IMG/VR virus record: IMGVR_UViG_3300029267_001718
Location: 15,594-79,593 of that record
Length of the DNA: 64,000 nucleotides
DNA from: a virus
Reading direction: 5' to 3' (one strand)
Position 1 is the stretch's first letter. Every line of letters begins with the position of its first letter. Of the stretch, positions 19,459 to 29,616 are shown piece by piece. Under the pieces are notes generated by a model. The model was not told the origin of the DNA, searched no databases, and worked only from the letters and a program-made list of their open reading frames with translations. Made by a program: the position numbers and the translations under genes.

Positions 19459-21191
19459 GTTGTCCCGAAATCCGGCAATCGATCTACACGTATGTCGAAC
19501 AGCCTGCAGTTGTTTGGCGTAGCGATGTAGTTTTGGAACCTCCGGTTCTTCTAGCACCGGAAAACGAGTCGACGGTTTGCCCGAGCAACACGGGCGGATA
19601 CGACAATCCTTCTGGGATCACGCTGGAGTGGGAAGATCCGGTCGACGCGGATTGGATCATCATTCAAGTCTGTGATAATTCCAGTTTCAACGGTCCTACG
19701 CTTCGCTCGGTCAAAGTGCTCGCCGGGGAAGAATCGTATCAGCTTTCACTGATTTCGGAAATCCGACACGGTGAAAGCGTCTATTGGCGGGCGATGGCGT
19801 ATAGCAATTCGGGCGGTGTTTCCCCGAAGTCGGACGCGTGGCAATTCACTTACGATTGTGGTTCGCCCGGGAAGAAAGGTGGTTCGCCCCCGAGTCCTGC
19901 CGGTCGACGCCCGTCGCTGTGTGAACTCTACGAAGTGAAGATGGAAGTCGCCGGTCCCGATGTGATAATGGCGTGCTCTCAGGAGAATTTCAATGCAAAC
20001 GTTGTGTGGACTTGTGAAGACGGTGACGGTAATGAGATTCTCCGTTTGGATAGCGTTCAGTGGTCCGTTGAAAATGATCCTGCTCACCCTGGACAAATAA
20101 CGACGCAAGGCCCGACGAACGGGATGGAAGTGATCGTCAATATAGACTGTGAGTTTTCCGGTCTATTCGCGGTTGTCTTCTGTGCGACGTTCACGCACAT
20201 TCCAACGTCTCAGCAATTCGTGTGTTGCGAACGCAAAAAGTTTCGTGTGCACGAGCGGGACATTCCGCAAAACAAACCGCAATTTCAACTGAACGATCCG
20301 ACGAAGTTGAAGATATACATGCACCCTGACTACACATCGTTAGGGTCAGGCACGTACATGTATCCTTCGGACGCAAATAAATCAGTGCTTGGTCGCGGTT
20401 CGAATGTGGTTGCGAAGGGTCCGGTGATGCTCGTCAGTCAGGACGTTGCACCCGAACAAAAAGCACGTTGTAAAATTCCGACTGGCGATTCTCAGATGGT
20501 GGGAATGGAGTCGGTTGTCAACATTCCAGTCCCTTGGGTTTGCGATCACATTAAGAAGGAAGGCAAAGCCGATTCCGGTTTGAAATGCGACGATGAGACC
20601 CCCTCGGGTTTGATGGTCGACAACGAAGCCGAGTGCACGTTTGGAATCAATTCGGTGACTGGTCTCAGCATGGTGTTGAAACCGGGGGGTCACCTTGTTG
20701 TGGATCTAGTTGGGGATAGTTATGATTTTGGTGTGACTGAGCACGGGCTTGTTGTTCGTGATGATTGCGAAAAGGATTTGTCTTGGTCGATTCGTCAATA
20801 CGTGGACATTAAGGATTGGGCAATCAGCGGCGGTCTGGTCTTCGACATTTGCAACTATTGCTATGGTTGGTATCCAGGCGAAGAATTGCCTGATCCTGCC
20901 GGATGTTCGGATACGATGGTAGTGTCGGGCGGTGACGATGAAGGGATCAATGATAACTACACTAAATCGGGCACTTACAACGGCGAGCCCGCTTGGGTCA
21001 ACAGTTCTTCGCCTCCGTACCAATATTGGATTTGGTGGGATTCAACTGCGGGCGAATGGCGAGTGAGTCAAAACAAGGGTGATGATTTCGACTATTACGC
21101 GGGCGGTGGCGATGCGAATTGCCCGAGTGGTGGCGGAGCGTATACCGGATTCGGAGTACATACCGGAACTATTCTAGTGCAAGAGGGTTAG
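19455..21191 (+). CDS. Cys-rich tail/tail-tip protein with Fn3/Ig-like N-terminal domain
   Basis: PPVLLAPEN...LEW...IQV.DN.SF...YWRAMA pattern; about 20 Cys. Confidence 0.5.
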   Translation: MSCPEIRQSIYTYVEQPAVVWRSDVVLEPPVLLAPENESTVCPSNTGGYDNPSGITLEWEDPVDADWIIIQVCDNSSFNGPTLRSVKVLAGEESYQLSLISEIRHGESVYWRAMAYSNSGGVSPKSDAWQFTYDCGSPGKKGGSPPSPAGRRPSLCELYEVKMEVAGPDVIMACSQENFNANVVWTCEDGDGNEILRLDSVQWSVENDPAHPGQITTQGPTNGMEVIVNIDCEFSGLFAVVFCATFTHIPTSQQFVCCERKKFRVHERDIPQNKPQFQLNDPTKLKIYMHPDYTSLGSGTYMYPSDANKSVLGRGSNVVAKGPVMLVSQDVAPEQKARCKIPTGDSQMVGMESVVNIPVPWVCDHIKKEGKADSGLKCDDETPSGLMVDNEAECTFGINSVTGLSMVLKPGGHLVVDLVGDSYDFGVTEHGLVVRDDCEKDLSWSIRQYVDIKDWAISGGLVFDICNYCYGWYPGEELPDPAGCSDTMVVSGGDDEGINDNYTKSGTYNGEPAWVNSSSPPYQYWIWWDSTAGEWRVSQNKGDDFDYYAGGGDANCPSGGGAYTGFGVHTGTILVQEG

Positions 21192-21192
21192 A

Positions 21193-22608
21193 ATGCACAA
21201 TGTGTTACTGTCGGCTATACATGAGGAATTCGTAAGGAGTCGAATCTTTCAAGCGGTGACTCCCGAACGCGGTGTTCGGTTCATCAATTTCCTCAAGCAC
21301 AATTCCGTAGATGACATTCGCGGTGAGTTTGACTGGTGGAATGTTTCCTACGATTCTGAAAAGCAAGTATTCACCTTGCAACTCCAACGGGACGGCAAAG
21401 TCGCGGCGTTGCTGACGATGGATTCGAAGGGGATCTGGCGAGGACGTTCGCGGGTGTCGAACGGGACGCTGGTTCTGACTTCAACGGTCAGGGGCGAGCA
21501 CTGGAAAATTCTCGGGAGTCCGGTCAAATTCTACGCGACGATTGAAGTCGATCCGGATGAGCCAACGTTTCGATACGAGGATCATCTTCCACCGCAGCTT
21601 GACTGGTCTGAAGTCGGGTTGAATCTTCGGAAACCTCCGTATTGGAATCACATCCGAGAGTTTCCGAAATCGGACACGGCGATTGCTCTGGTCGGACACG
21701 ATAGACCCACGTATTTTGAGCGTGTGGTCAAATCGCTCGCGGCGAATAAGGGAGTGATTGAAGGCATCCCGGTTTACGTGTTCCTCGACGCGTGCGATCC
21801 TGATGTGATGCGTGAGCAGGAAAACTTGGCGAAGGCGATCCTGCCGGTTGTGCTCGTGGTAAAGCGGCCAGTCAATTTCGGCTGCGGGCGAAACCTGATT
21901 GACGCACGTCGACAAGTGTTTGATTTGCTCGGGTATCGTCAAGCGTTCATCTGTGAAGATGATTTGGTGTTGTCGGAAACCTACCTTTCGACGTGCCTCC
22001 AATTGTATAGATGGGCGACAGAGACCTACAGCGACGTTGGAGCGGTTCAAGCGTGGAACTTCTGTACGCTTCCCCTCGACGCTAAACGAGAAGCACACAG
22101 CCTCGTGAAAGCCACTTGGACGAATTGGTGGGGTTATCTGATGGGGCACGAGACTTGGAGACGGATTCGGGCGTTCCTCTACAAGTTTGAGCGGCTGTTT
22201 CTCGGTGGTGTCTATGCTCGTCGCCCGCATCGGTCGGTCAAAAAGTGGTTCCAGCTGAAGTATAGCTCTGAACGAGATCCGATTGGTGTCTCGGATCACT
22301 ATCCGGTCGACAGCGAATTCTACACCCGTCGCGAGGCATATTTGAACGGTCCTCCCACTGGTCAGGACGCAGCGACTTCGTATGCGATGGATCTGGCGGG
22401 GTACGTGCGACTGTGCACGCTAGTCAATCACGGGGAGTACATTGGGCAGCAAGGGATTCACATGAATCCGAAATGGTTCACGCGGGAAGGTTTTGGGAAC
22501 ATCCGCCTGGATGAACTTGGGACGCCTAAGCAATTCGTTCCGCTGAAGGAAGGGCAATCCTTCGAACGTCTCGACTCGGCAATCAAGGGGGGTTTGGAGT
22601 TCAAATGA
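21193..22608 (+). CDS. GT-A fold glycosyltransferase (GT2/GT13-like) with extra N-terminal domain
   Basis: IALVGHDRPTYFERVVKSL...VYVFLD...NFGCGRN...FICEDDLVLS. Confidence 0.75.
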   Translation: MHNVLLSAIHEEFVRSRIFQAVTPERGVRFINFLKHNSVDDIRGEFDWWNVSYDSEKQVFTLQLQRDGKVAALLTMDSKGIWRGRSRVSNGTLVLTSTVRGEHWKILGSPVKFYATIEVDPDEPTFRYEDHLPPQLDWSEVGLNLRKPPYWNHIREFPKSDTAIALVGHDRPTYFERVVKSLAANKGVIEGIPVYVFLDACDPDVMREQENLAKAILPVVLVVKRPVNFGCGRNLIDARRQVFDLLGYRQAFICEDDLVLSETYLSTCLQLYRWATETYSDVGAVQAWNFCTLPLDAKREAHSLVKATWTNWWGYLMGHETWRRIRAFLYKFERLFLGGVYARRPHRSVKKWFQLKYSSERDPIGVSDHYPVDSEFYTRREAYLNGPPTGQDAATSYAMDLAGYVRLCTLVNHGEYIGQQGIHMNPKWFTREGFGNIRLDELGTPKQFVPLKEGQSFERLDSAIKGGLEFK

Positions 22609-22892
22609 TTGACGACATTCGCGTTCCGAAAAATATTTTTCAGAAAGCGTTGTCTGCGATTAGTGCCTTGGTTTCGGGTGAAACCGTTGGTGAAATGCAG
22701 ATGCGAAAACGCGTTGAGGTTTGTGCTCAATGTGAGTACGTGCGTGAAGCGAACGGCGAAATGCGATGCGGGATCTGCGGATGCAAAATCTCAGGAGATC
22801 GTGGAATTTTGAACCTCGCGAAGTTTGTCGAAACTGACTCCTATGGATGCAAACATCCGAACGGTAGTCAGTGGAAAGCGAACGGATGCTGA
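22605..22892 (+). CDS. Small Cys-rich (Zn-binding) protein
   Basis: CAQC...CGICGC...C.HP...W. Confidence 0.6.
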   Translation: MIDDIRVPKNIFQKALSAISALVSGETVGEMQMRKRVEVCAQCEYVREANGEMRCGICGCKISGDRGILNLAKFVETDSYGCKHPNGSQWKANGC

Positions 22893-22907
22893 GAACCGGA
22901 GTATGAA

Positions 22908-24647
22908 ATGAAAATTGCGATGATTGGTGAGTCGTTGGGAGTGCCGTCTGGTTTTGGCGTTCAATCTCGGATGATTGCTGAAGGATTGGCAAAACGCAAG
23001 CACGAGGTTGTGGTCATCGGAACTCCTTCGGTTCCGTTGAAAGATCCGGTCGACAATCTTACGGAGATCCGTTGCGAACAGATCAATGATTTGGAGGCGG
23101 TGGATCGCATCCTGCATAGGATTAAACCAGACGCGGTGATTTGTTTTTACTACATGGGCATGTGCGCACACTGGTCGAAGCTATCATCAGCCCCGCCAAA
23201 CTGTCCTATGTATTTCTGGATGCCTTGGGAAGCGAGTTCGCCGGAACACGATTTGGATCTGCTACTGAAGACAATTCCGGAAGATCACATCGTGCATCTG
23301 ACGAAATATGGTCAGCAATTGTGGGAGGGTGTCTTTCAATCGAAAAACATCATTCCGCACGGAGTCGACTTGTCGATCTTCAAACCTCGAAACGTTTCGC
23401 AGTCGGCACTTCGGCGGGAGTGGGCGGAGAAACTGCGGTTCCCTCTGTTTGAGGATTCGCTGATCGTGTTGAACGTCGATAGAAACGTGTGGCATAAGCG
23501 TTGGGATGCGACGTTTGATTTTATTCGGCGACTGCAGGAAACTGAGAGTCGCACGGTTCAACTGATCGCACACACGCGGATTCACGAAAAGGGTGAGCAC
23601 GGTCATCCCAAGGGCTACAATCTCCCGAAACTGGAAGCACTCTACGGACTGACGGGCAAGGTCTGCTACACTCATTTTGAGTGGGCGACGGGGTTAGACC
23701 GTCAAACGTTGGCGAAGTTGTATCGTGTAGCTGATTTGCGGATCTCCACATCGATGGGTGAAGGGTTCGGCGTTCCCACAATTGAAGCGATGGGGATCGG
23801 TCTCCCTCAAATCGTCAACAAGCAAACAACGATGCCGGATATCCTTGGTGAAGACTGTCCATATATGGTCGAGCCCGCATTCACGCAGGAGCAATCTGGT
23901 CACCTTTGGCAAGTGCCTGATGTGATGGCGATGGTGGATCGTGCTCGGTATTTGATTGAAGACCCGAAAGTGGTCAAAGCGGAACGCACCAAACATCGAC
24001 GGCGGGTGCAAAAGTTCGACTCGGAAAAGGTGGTCGACGCTTGGGAAGAACTGCTGAAAAAGGGACGGCGTAGCAATCCTCCGGAACAATGTTGGCGTTT
24101 CCACCGTTGGGGCTATGGGGCGAAGCATTTCAATATGGATAAGTTGAAGGCTACGGCGAAGGTTGTCAGCCGACTCGGGCGACTCCCGAAAACGTTGGTC
24201 GTCGGGGCATTTGATGGTAGAATGTTGGAGTTCTGCCTAGATGCGGGTTGTGATGTCTTTGGAATCGAATACGATGCAGAAGTCGTCAAAACTGCAGCGG
24301 CGATAATTCGCGATTCGATTAAGGTGATTACTGATGCCGATCCTTGGCCGGATGCAGAAGTTGCGGTGGTGACGGACGAATTATATCGGACGAACGACGC
24401 GGAAGCACTTCTCGACAAGCTATCTGAATACGAGTGGGTGGTGTTGCGAAATCGGCGGATCTTTTTGTGGGATCGCGATGAGTTGGACGTTGATAGCCTG
24501 ATGAAATATTTCAGGACGCAAGGGATGACTCGGCGACACGACTTGGAGAAAATGGCTCGCGAGAAAATCGACGATGAGTTCGATCACGAAATCTGGCAGC
24601 GTGGCCAGGACACGTCGAAAATTCCACACGCGTTTGCGAAGGCATAG
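22908..24647 (+). CDS. Glycosyltransferase family 4 with C-terminal methyltransferase-like domain
   Basis: PSGFG...IIPHGVD...ADLRISTSMGEGFGVPTIEAMGIGLP; C-terminal LVVGAFDG...VFGIEYD. Confidence 0.85.
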   Translation: MKIAMIGESLGVPSGFGVQSRMIAEGLAKRKHEVVVIGTPSVPLKDPVDNLTEIRCEQINDLEAVDRILHRIKPDAVICFYYMGMCAHWSKLSSAPPNCPMYFWMPWEASSPEHDLDLLLKTIPEDHIVHLTKYGQQLWEGVFQSKNIIPHGVDLSIFKPRNVSQSALRREWAEKLRFPLFEDSLIVLNVDRNVWHKRWDATFDFIRRLQETESRTVQLIAHTRIHEKGEHGHPKGYNLPKLEALYGLTGKVCYTHFEWATGLDRQTLAKLYRVADLRISTSMGEGFGVPTIEAMGIGLPQIVNKQTTMPDILGEDCPYMVEPAFTQEQSGHLWQVPDVMAMVDRARYLIEDPKVVKAERTKHRRRVQKFDSEKVVDAWEELLKKGRRSNPPEQCWRFHRWGYGAKHFNMDKLKATAKVVSRLGRLPKTLVVGAFDGRMLEFCLDAGCDVFGIEYDAEVVKTAAAIIRDSIKVITDADPWPDAEVAVVTDELYRTNDAEALLDKLSEYEWVVLRNRRIFLWDRDELDVDSLMKYFRTQGMTRRHDLEKMAREKIDDEFDHEIWQRGQDTSKIPHAFAKA

Positions 24648-24649
24648 CC

Positions 24650-26881
24650 ATGAGTTGTATTGCTGATGAAACTCTGATGAATGACCTAGTCAACTGGTCG
24701 ATGACTAGTGCGATGGGCGGGCAATATTCTGGAAGCGTTCAACTGATGAACGCGAGCGGGCAATATGACGAGTCGCTCCACTGGACGCCGTTGAGGATCT
24801 ACCTTGCAGCGACGGCGGTCGGTTCGGGTGGCGTGGATGTGAGTGGGTTGTGGGGAACAACGCACTGGATCAACGGATTGATTTCGTCAGTCCGCGAGGG
24901 TGAAGGATTGTCGGCGGGACAAGTTTCGCTGTCAATCGTTTCTTACTTCACGCGGTTGGGGCGTAAGCCAGTCAATACCGAATTCTTCAACGCGTTGTCT
25001 CGGGGTGATTACTTCGCTTCAGGGAATTCGAACAGTAGCTATGCGGAAGGCGGGTATTATCTTCAAGACGGGGGTGGATACGCGAGGGCGGGATCAACGC
25101 TCACGGAACTTGCGGGGACGTGGACGATTGAGGACACGGACGGTAAGAAATGGACGCGTGTCGGCTCGGTCACAGGAACGTATACGGCAGCGGGCGGGGG
25201 TGCAACTGGTTCGCTGACGGTTGAAGGCACGTTGAACGTCGGCGACATATTGGCGGAGTTAGCCAGCCGTTACGGGACAACTCCACCCTGGCTCTACGAT
25301 TTCAGCGAACTCGCTTCGGACGATCATCTGATTCGGGGAGTCGTGACGGGTAACAATTTGCTGGCGGAAATGCAAGCCGTCGCGGAAGCGGGCGAGTCTG
25401 ATCTGTTCGTGCAAGCGGATGGTATTCTCACGGCGGGGTTGTGGAAGGACGCGAGTGATTCGGTCGACTTCGTGATTCCTGCCGAGGCTGTTATCGAAGC
25501 GAACATTTCTCACGAACAGGACTTCGGTCCTTCGATCTTGAAAGTCAGCGGGCGGTTTTTCTCCGAATACGAATGTGGCGATCAGCAAATGATCTGCGGG
25601 GGCGGGGGTGGTGGCAAGCCTGGGGGATCGGGCAGTGGTCTTCCCGCACGTCGCCCGACGCGTGGCGAGCAGAAAATTTGTGCGAAGGTTGGGATTGCTG
25701 AACCCGATGCTCGGGCGAGACTGCAGGGGATCAAGGTTGGTGCTCAATCTGGAAACGTCGATGGAGCAAACTTCGAAATCACTGACGGCGACGGTGATTA
25801 TGAGTCGGGTGATGAAGCTACGATCACGGTGCGACAAGGCTCGGACGGTGAAATCGAAATGGTTCCGACTACTCAAGGTTTTCTCGCTGCAGGGGATCAT
25901 TCGGTGACACTCGGGGCACGCGGGCGGGCGAAACCTCCGGAGTCAATCGACGGTCCTGGGGCGAAGAAAAAACTCGGGGCGGAAAAAGCGAAGGCGGTCG
26001 AAAAACAACTCAAGGCGATGGTCAAAAAATTGACCAAAGGCAAAAAGGCTGCGGTCGGTGGTGCAGGTGGCGGTGCGGGCGGTGGTGGTAGTGGCACGAG
26101 CGGCGGTGGTGCGAACGCTGGAACGTCGGCGGACAAAGCGAATGATGAGAAAGATCCGAATCGCATCGAAATGATCGTCACTGATCCGGACTTGCAGAAT
26201 GAATTCGGAACGGTAGTGGAGTCGATTGATAACCTCTACATCTCCGACAAAGAAACTCTTTTCGACGTGGCGGTTCATCGGTTCCAAGAATTCAAACGTC
26301 AGCGGAAAGTGTGGACGGTGAAATGTACGCACATCGATACGCTTCGACTCAACCAAGTCGTGCAGTTCCGGACGCCTAAGCAAAATACTTTGGTGACGGG
26401 TCTGTTGTCTCAGATCGCAGGTGGTTATAATCCTGAACCCACTGCACAAATGACTTTGCTCGTCGAATCCTTTGAAGACATTGGAGCGACCGAATACACG
26501 TCGGACAATCTTCTCTTGTGTGGCGAGTTTGAGGGCGTCAACGAAATTGGACAAGGGACGGTTTGGGTTTGCGATGACGATGAGCGGATCTGGGCGGCTG
26601 ACGGGTACATGGTTGTCGAGGGAGCGGGGATTGTCTATCAGTGGATTAACGTGGATGTCAATGCTACTTACGACGTTGAGGTTTTTGGGTTCAAGCCTGG
26701 AGGCGGCGGTGGTGTGGCTACGTTGTCCTTCGGTGGTTCGTCAACGAACTGTCTCAGCAACTCCACGACGAGCATCACGGGAATCACGCCAGCGTCGTCG
26801 CCCGCTCAATTCAAACTCGACGTTACTTCGGGGCAGTGGGAATTCAAAAAGCCACGACTTGTCAAACACATCACTGCTTAA
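24650..26881 (+). CDS. Tail tip/hub-like minor tail protein
   Basis: Gly-rich, last gene of the structural module; EFGTVVESIDNLYI...LRLNQVV pattern seen in hub/Tal proteins. Confidence 0.5.
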   Translation: MSCIADETLMNDLVNWSMTSAMGGQYSGSVQLMNASGQYDESLHWTPLRIYLAATAVGSGGVDVSGLWGTTHWINGLISSVREGEGLSAGQVSLSIVSYFTRLGRKPVNTEFFNALSRGDYFASGNSNSSYAEGGYYLQDGGGYARAGSTLTELAGTWTIEDTDGKKWTRVGSVTGTYTAAGGGATGSLTVEGTLNVGDILAELASRYGTTPPWLYDFSELASDDHLIRGVVTGNNLLAEMQAVAEAGESDLFVQADGILTAGLWKDASDSVDFVIPAEAVIEANISHEQDFGPSILKVSGRFFSEYECGDQQMICGGGGGGKPGGSGSGLPARRPTRGEQKICAKVGIAEPDARARLQGIKVGAQSGNVDGANFEITDGDGDYESGDEATITVRQGSDGEIEMVPTTQGFLAAGDHSVTLGARGRAKPPESIDGPGAKKKLGAEKAKAVEKQLKAMVKKLTKGKKAAVGGAGGGAGGGGSGTSGGGANAGTSADKANDEKDPNRIEMIVTDPDLQNEFGTVVESIDNLYISDKETLFDVAVHRFQEFKRQRKVWTVKCTHIDTLRLNQVVQFRTPKQNTLVTGLLSQIAGGYNPEPTAQMTLLVESFEDIGATEYTSDNLLLCGEFEGVNEIGQGTVWVCDDDERIWAADGYMVVEGAGIVYQWINVDVNATYDVEVFGFKPGGGGGVATLSFGGSSTNCLSNSTTSITGITPASSPAQFKLDVTSGQWEFKKPRLVKHITA

Positions 26882-26907
26882 TGTCCCCGGGGACACTGGA
26901 GCGAACG

Positions 26908-27420
26908 ATGTCTAATCCGTCAGCAACGGTTAAGGAAATGTTGGCACGTGCGGAAGCACGTAAAAAACGCGTTGCGGATGACGTTCTTCAGGATGCGAAA
27001 CCAAAGCGACGGTGGAAACCGAAAACGCCGAAGCAGCGGGTTTGGGATTACTTCATCAGTGAGTTTCGCGATAGATGGCCGATGTCGTTCGCGTCAACGG
27101 AGCGGTCAATGCCTGGGGGTGAGGACGCGGGCAATCAACGAACGTACGCGGCGGAATATCGGCGAGTGAATGCGATCTTGAAATTCTGCAACGCTGACGA
27201 AGGTCTGGCCAAGCGTATGGTAGCTTTCGTTTTCGATAATTGGGATAAATTCAGCACGACGGATCGCGACGTGCCAACGTTCAATCTAGTAGGCACCGTG
27301 GGGTTTCTTCAGGTGGTACGAACTCGGATGCTGAATGGGTTTCCGAAGAAACGTGAAGATGAACGGATGCTGACGCGGTGCGATGAAGAGGCGATGGACG
27401 CGGAAACGTCTGAGTGGTAA
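26908..27420 (+). CDS. Hypothetical protein (possible replication initiator)
   Basis: GGAG RBS; coupled to the DnaC-like gene. Confidence 0.45.
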   Translation: MSNPSATVKEMLARAEARKKRVADDVLQDAKPKRRWKPKTPKQRVWDYFISEFRDRWPMSFASTERSMPGGEDAGNQRTYAAEYRRVNAILKFCNADEGLAKRMVAFVFDNWDKFSTTDRDVPTFNLVGTVGFLQVVRTRMLNGFPKKREDERMLTRCDEEAMDAETSEW

Positions 27421-27992
27421 TGGACGAGAAGATTTTAGAACGTATGCGACTCCCGCGAAATCATTGGGGGTCGAGACTTGCCGAGATTCCGGATGCGTGC
27501 GAACACAAGGAAAAATTTCAACGTTACGTTGAAGACATTTCTGAGCACGTGCGGGACGGTCGGGGGTTGCTACTGCTTGGCAAGTATTCTACGGGCAAGT
27601 CCGCATGTGCAGCAATCTGTTTGAAGGCTGCGGCGGTTGCTGGTCACCTTGGGTTGTGGATCAATGCCCGCGAGATTCTATCACACAAAATACAAAAGAC
27701 TCCATTCGATGAAGAATTCACACTGTATGAGCGTGTGCTGGTTGTTCCGGTTCTGGTCGTCGATGAAGTGACGGTTGCATCGACGGCGACACAAGTTGAG
27801 GCTGAAATTGAAAACGTTGTTCGCTCTCGGTTGGAGGATCGGCGGGCGACGATTGTCACGACTAACGAGATCAAGACAACGTTTACAAAACGGATGCCTG
27901 GATTGGCAGCAGCGATGAAGGAATGTATGTTTCCGCTGAAATGTGGTGGACATGACTTTCGGGAGGAACGGAAGGCTACGTGGGAGCTCTAG
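27420..27992 (+). CDS. DnaC/IstB-like helicase loader ATPase
   Basis: Walker A GKYSTGKS, Walker B VLVVDE, R...RATIVTTN. Confidence 0.85.
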   Translation: MDEKILERMRLPRNHWGSRLAEIPDACEHKEKFQRYVEDISEHVRDGRGLLLLGKYSTGKSACAAICLKAAAVAGHLGLWINAREILSHKIQKTPFDEEFTLYERVLVVPVLVVDEVTVASTATQVEAEIENVVRSRLEDRRATIVTTNEIKTTFTKRMPGLAAAMKECMFPLKCGGHDFREERKATWEL

Positions 27993-29275
27993 GAAAACGA
28001 TTGATTGCGGCGTTGCTGCATGAGAAAGATTCTGCGGAACTCACCCGTGCGGGTGTGGGCGAGCACAATCTTTTTGATGACGCGAAGACTGCTTACAATT
28101 GGGCGATTTCATTTCACGACGCAGAAGGATTTTGGCCGACTGCCGAAATGCTTCACGAGAATACAGGAATCGAACTGCCCGATTCTCCTGAGCCGCTGTC
28201 TTATCTCGCGGATCTTGTTCGTAAGCGAACACTCGGCAAAGCAATCGAAACTCGGATGAAGGATGCGATTGCGGAACTGGAAGGCCGAGATCCTGATGAA
28301 GCCCTCCGGTTGCTGAACGAAACTGCGTCGGCGTTGCGTCCGTTGAGTGTTCGGTCGAAGGTGACGAAATTCGTTGAAGACGCTTCGAAACGTGTCGGCG
28401 ATTATCTTGAGGAAAAGAAACTCGGCGTTCGTGGAATGCCTACACCTTGGAAGTCGCTGGATCACGTTATTCAGGGCTGGATTGACGGAACGCTGAACGT
28501 CTTCACAGCGATGCAGAACACTGGAAAAACTTGGGCGATCTGTGTCTGTGCGGATAACTCACTTGAGCAGAATCAACGCGTGCTCTTAGTGACGATGGAA
28601 ATGGCAGCGGCTCGGATTCATCGACGCTTGGATGCGATCCACTACAGGATGCCTTGGAAGGATCTGCGTGATTGGGAACTCGATGTCGGAACGGTCGAAC
28701 GTTGGGAACGTGAAGCATCGAAAATGGACTTCAGCGGAGACATTCTCATCGCCGATAAAAAACTTGTGCGGCGTGTGTCGGATGTCACGGCGTTAGTCAA
28801 CGAACACAAGCCCGATATCGTCTATATCGATGGCGGGTATCGATTCGAAGGGAATCAGGCGGGGAGTTCGGGCAAATGGGAAAACACGGTCGACATTGTC
28901 ACGGATCTGCAACTAGCTGCGGAAGTGACTGAAATTCCTTGGGTGGTGTCGACTCAACACGGGGACGCACAAACGACAGGGAAAGACCCGAAGCGTGGAC
29001 CGAAAATGCGGGCGTGGAATGTTCGCTACGGTAAGGAATGGACGATCAACCCCGACAATGTGATAGGGCTGTTTGCCAACGAGGACATGCGGCTGATGCA
29101 GCAACTTGAGATCTCGTTTCTGAAGATTCGGGATGGTGCGGGCGAAACGTTTGGATCGGAATTTCGAATCAATTGGAATATGAAGAAAATGGACTTCTCG
29201 GAGATCGTCGTCACCGAGGACGACGGTGCTCCCGGGGACACTGACGAGGGTGCGGCTCACAAGGTGGATTTCTGA
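27980..29275 (+). CDS. DnaB-like replicative helicase
   Basis: GMPTPW...AMQNTGKT...VTMEM...IVYIDG...STQ...LKIRDG. Confidence 0.85.
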   Translation: MGALGKRLIAALLHEKDSAELTRAGVGEHNLFDDAKTAYNWAISFHDAEGFWPTAEMLHENTGIELPDSPEPLSYLADLVRKRTLGKAIETRMKDAIAELEGRDPDEALRLLNETASALRPLSVRSKVTKFVEDASKRVGDYLEEKKLGVRGMPTPWKSLDHVIQGWIDGTLNVFTAMQNTGKTWAICVCADNSLEQNQRVLLVTMEMAAARIHRRLDAIHYRMPWKDLRDWELDVGTVERWEREASKMDFSGDILIADKKLVRRVSDVTALVNEHKPDIVYIDGGYRFEGNQAGSSGKWENTVDIVTDLQLAAEVTEIPWVVSTQHGDAQTTGKDPKRGPKMRAWNVRYGKEWTINPDNVIGLFANEDMRLMQQLEISFLKIRDGAGETFGSEFRINWNMKKMDFSEIVVTEDDGAPGDTDEGAAHKVDF

Positions 29276-29616
29276 TGTCTGACACACCCCCAACGGAGGG
29301 GAAAAAGCCCTCTGATACGATCCTGGCGATGCTCCGCGAGACGGATTCGGGCGAGTCGGTCGTCACATTGGCCGAAAATAGTACGAAACGTGTCTCCTGC
29401 GTCCGTTTCAGCGATCCTCGGGTGCGTTCGGCATTCTATGCACTGTACGAGGCAGGCCCGGGAAAGGGCTTTCTGATGGGTTCTACGTGGTACTCTGCAG
29501 CTTACGCAAAATACCTATACGACTACCTTCGCGAGATCTACGATGGAGTGGACCGAACTCAAGCTGATTCTGAACCAGATCGGGGTGAACACGGAGCATC
29601 TGTATCCGAACGGTGA
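29275..29616 (+). CDS. Hypothetical protein
   Basis: TGATG-coupled to the helicase gene; overlaps the primase start. Confidence 0.4.
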   Translation: MSDTPPTEGKKPSDTILAMLRETDSGESVVTLAENSTKRVSCVRFSDPRVRSAFYALYEAGPGKGFLMGSTWYSAAYAKYLYDYLREIYDGVDRTQADSEPDRGEHGASVSER

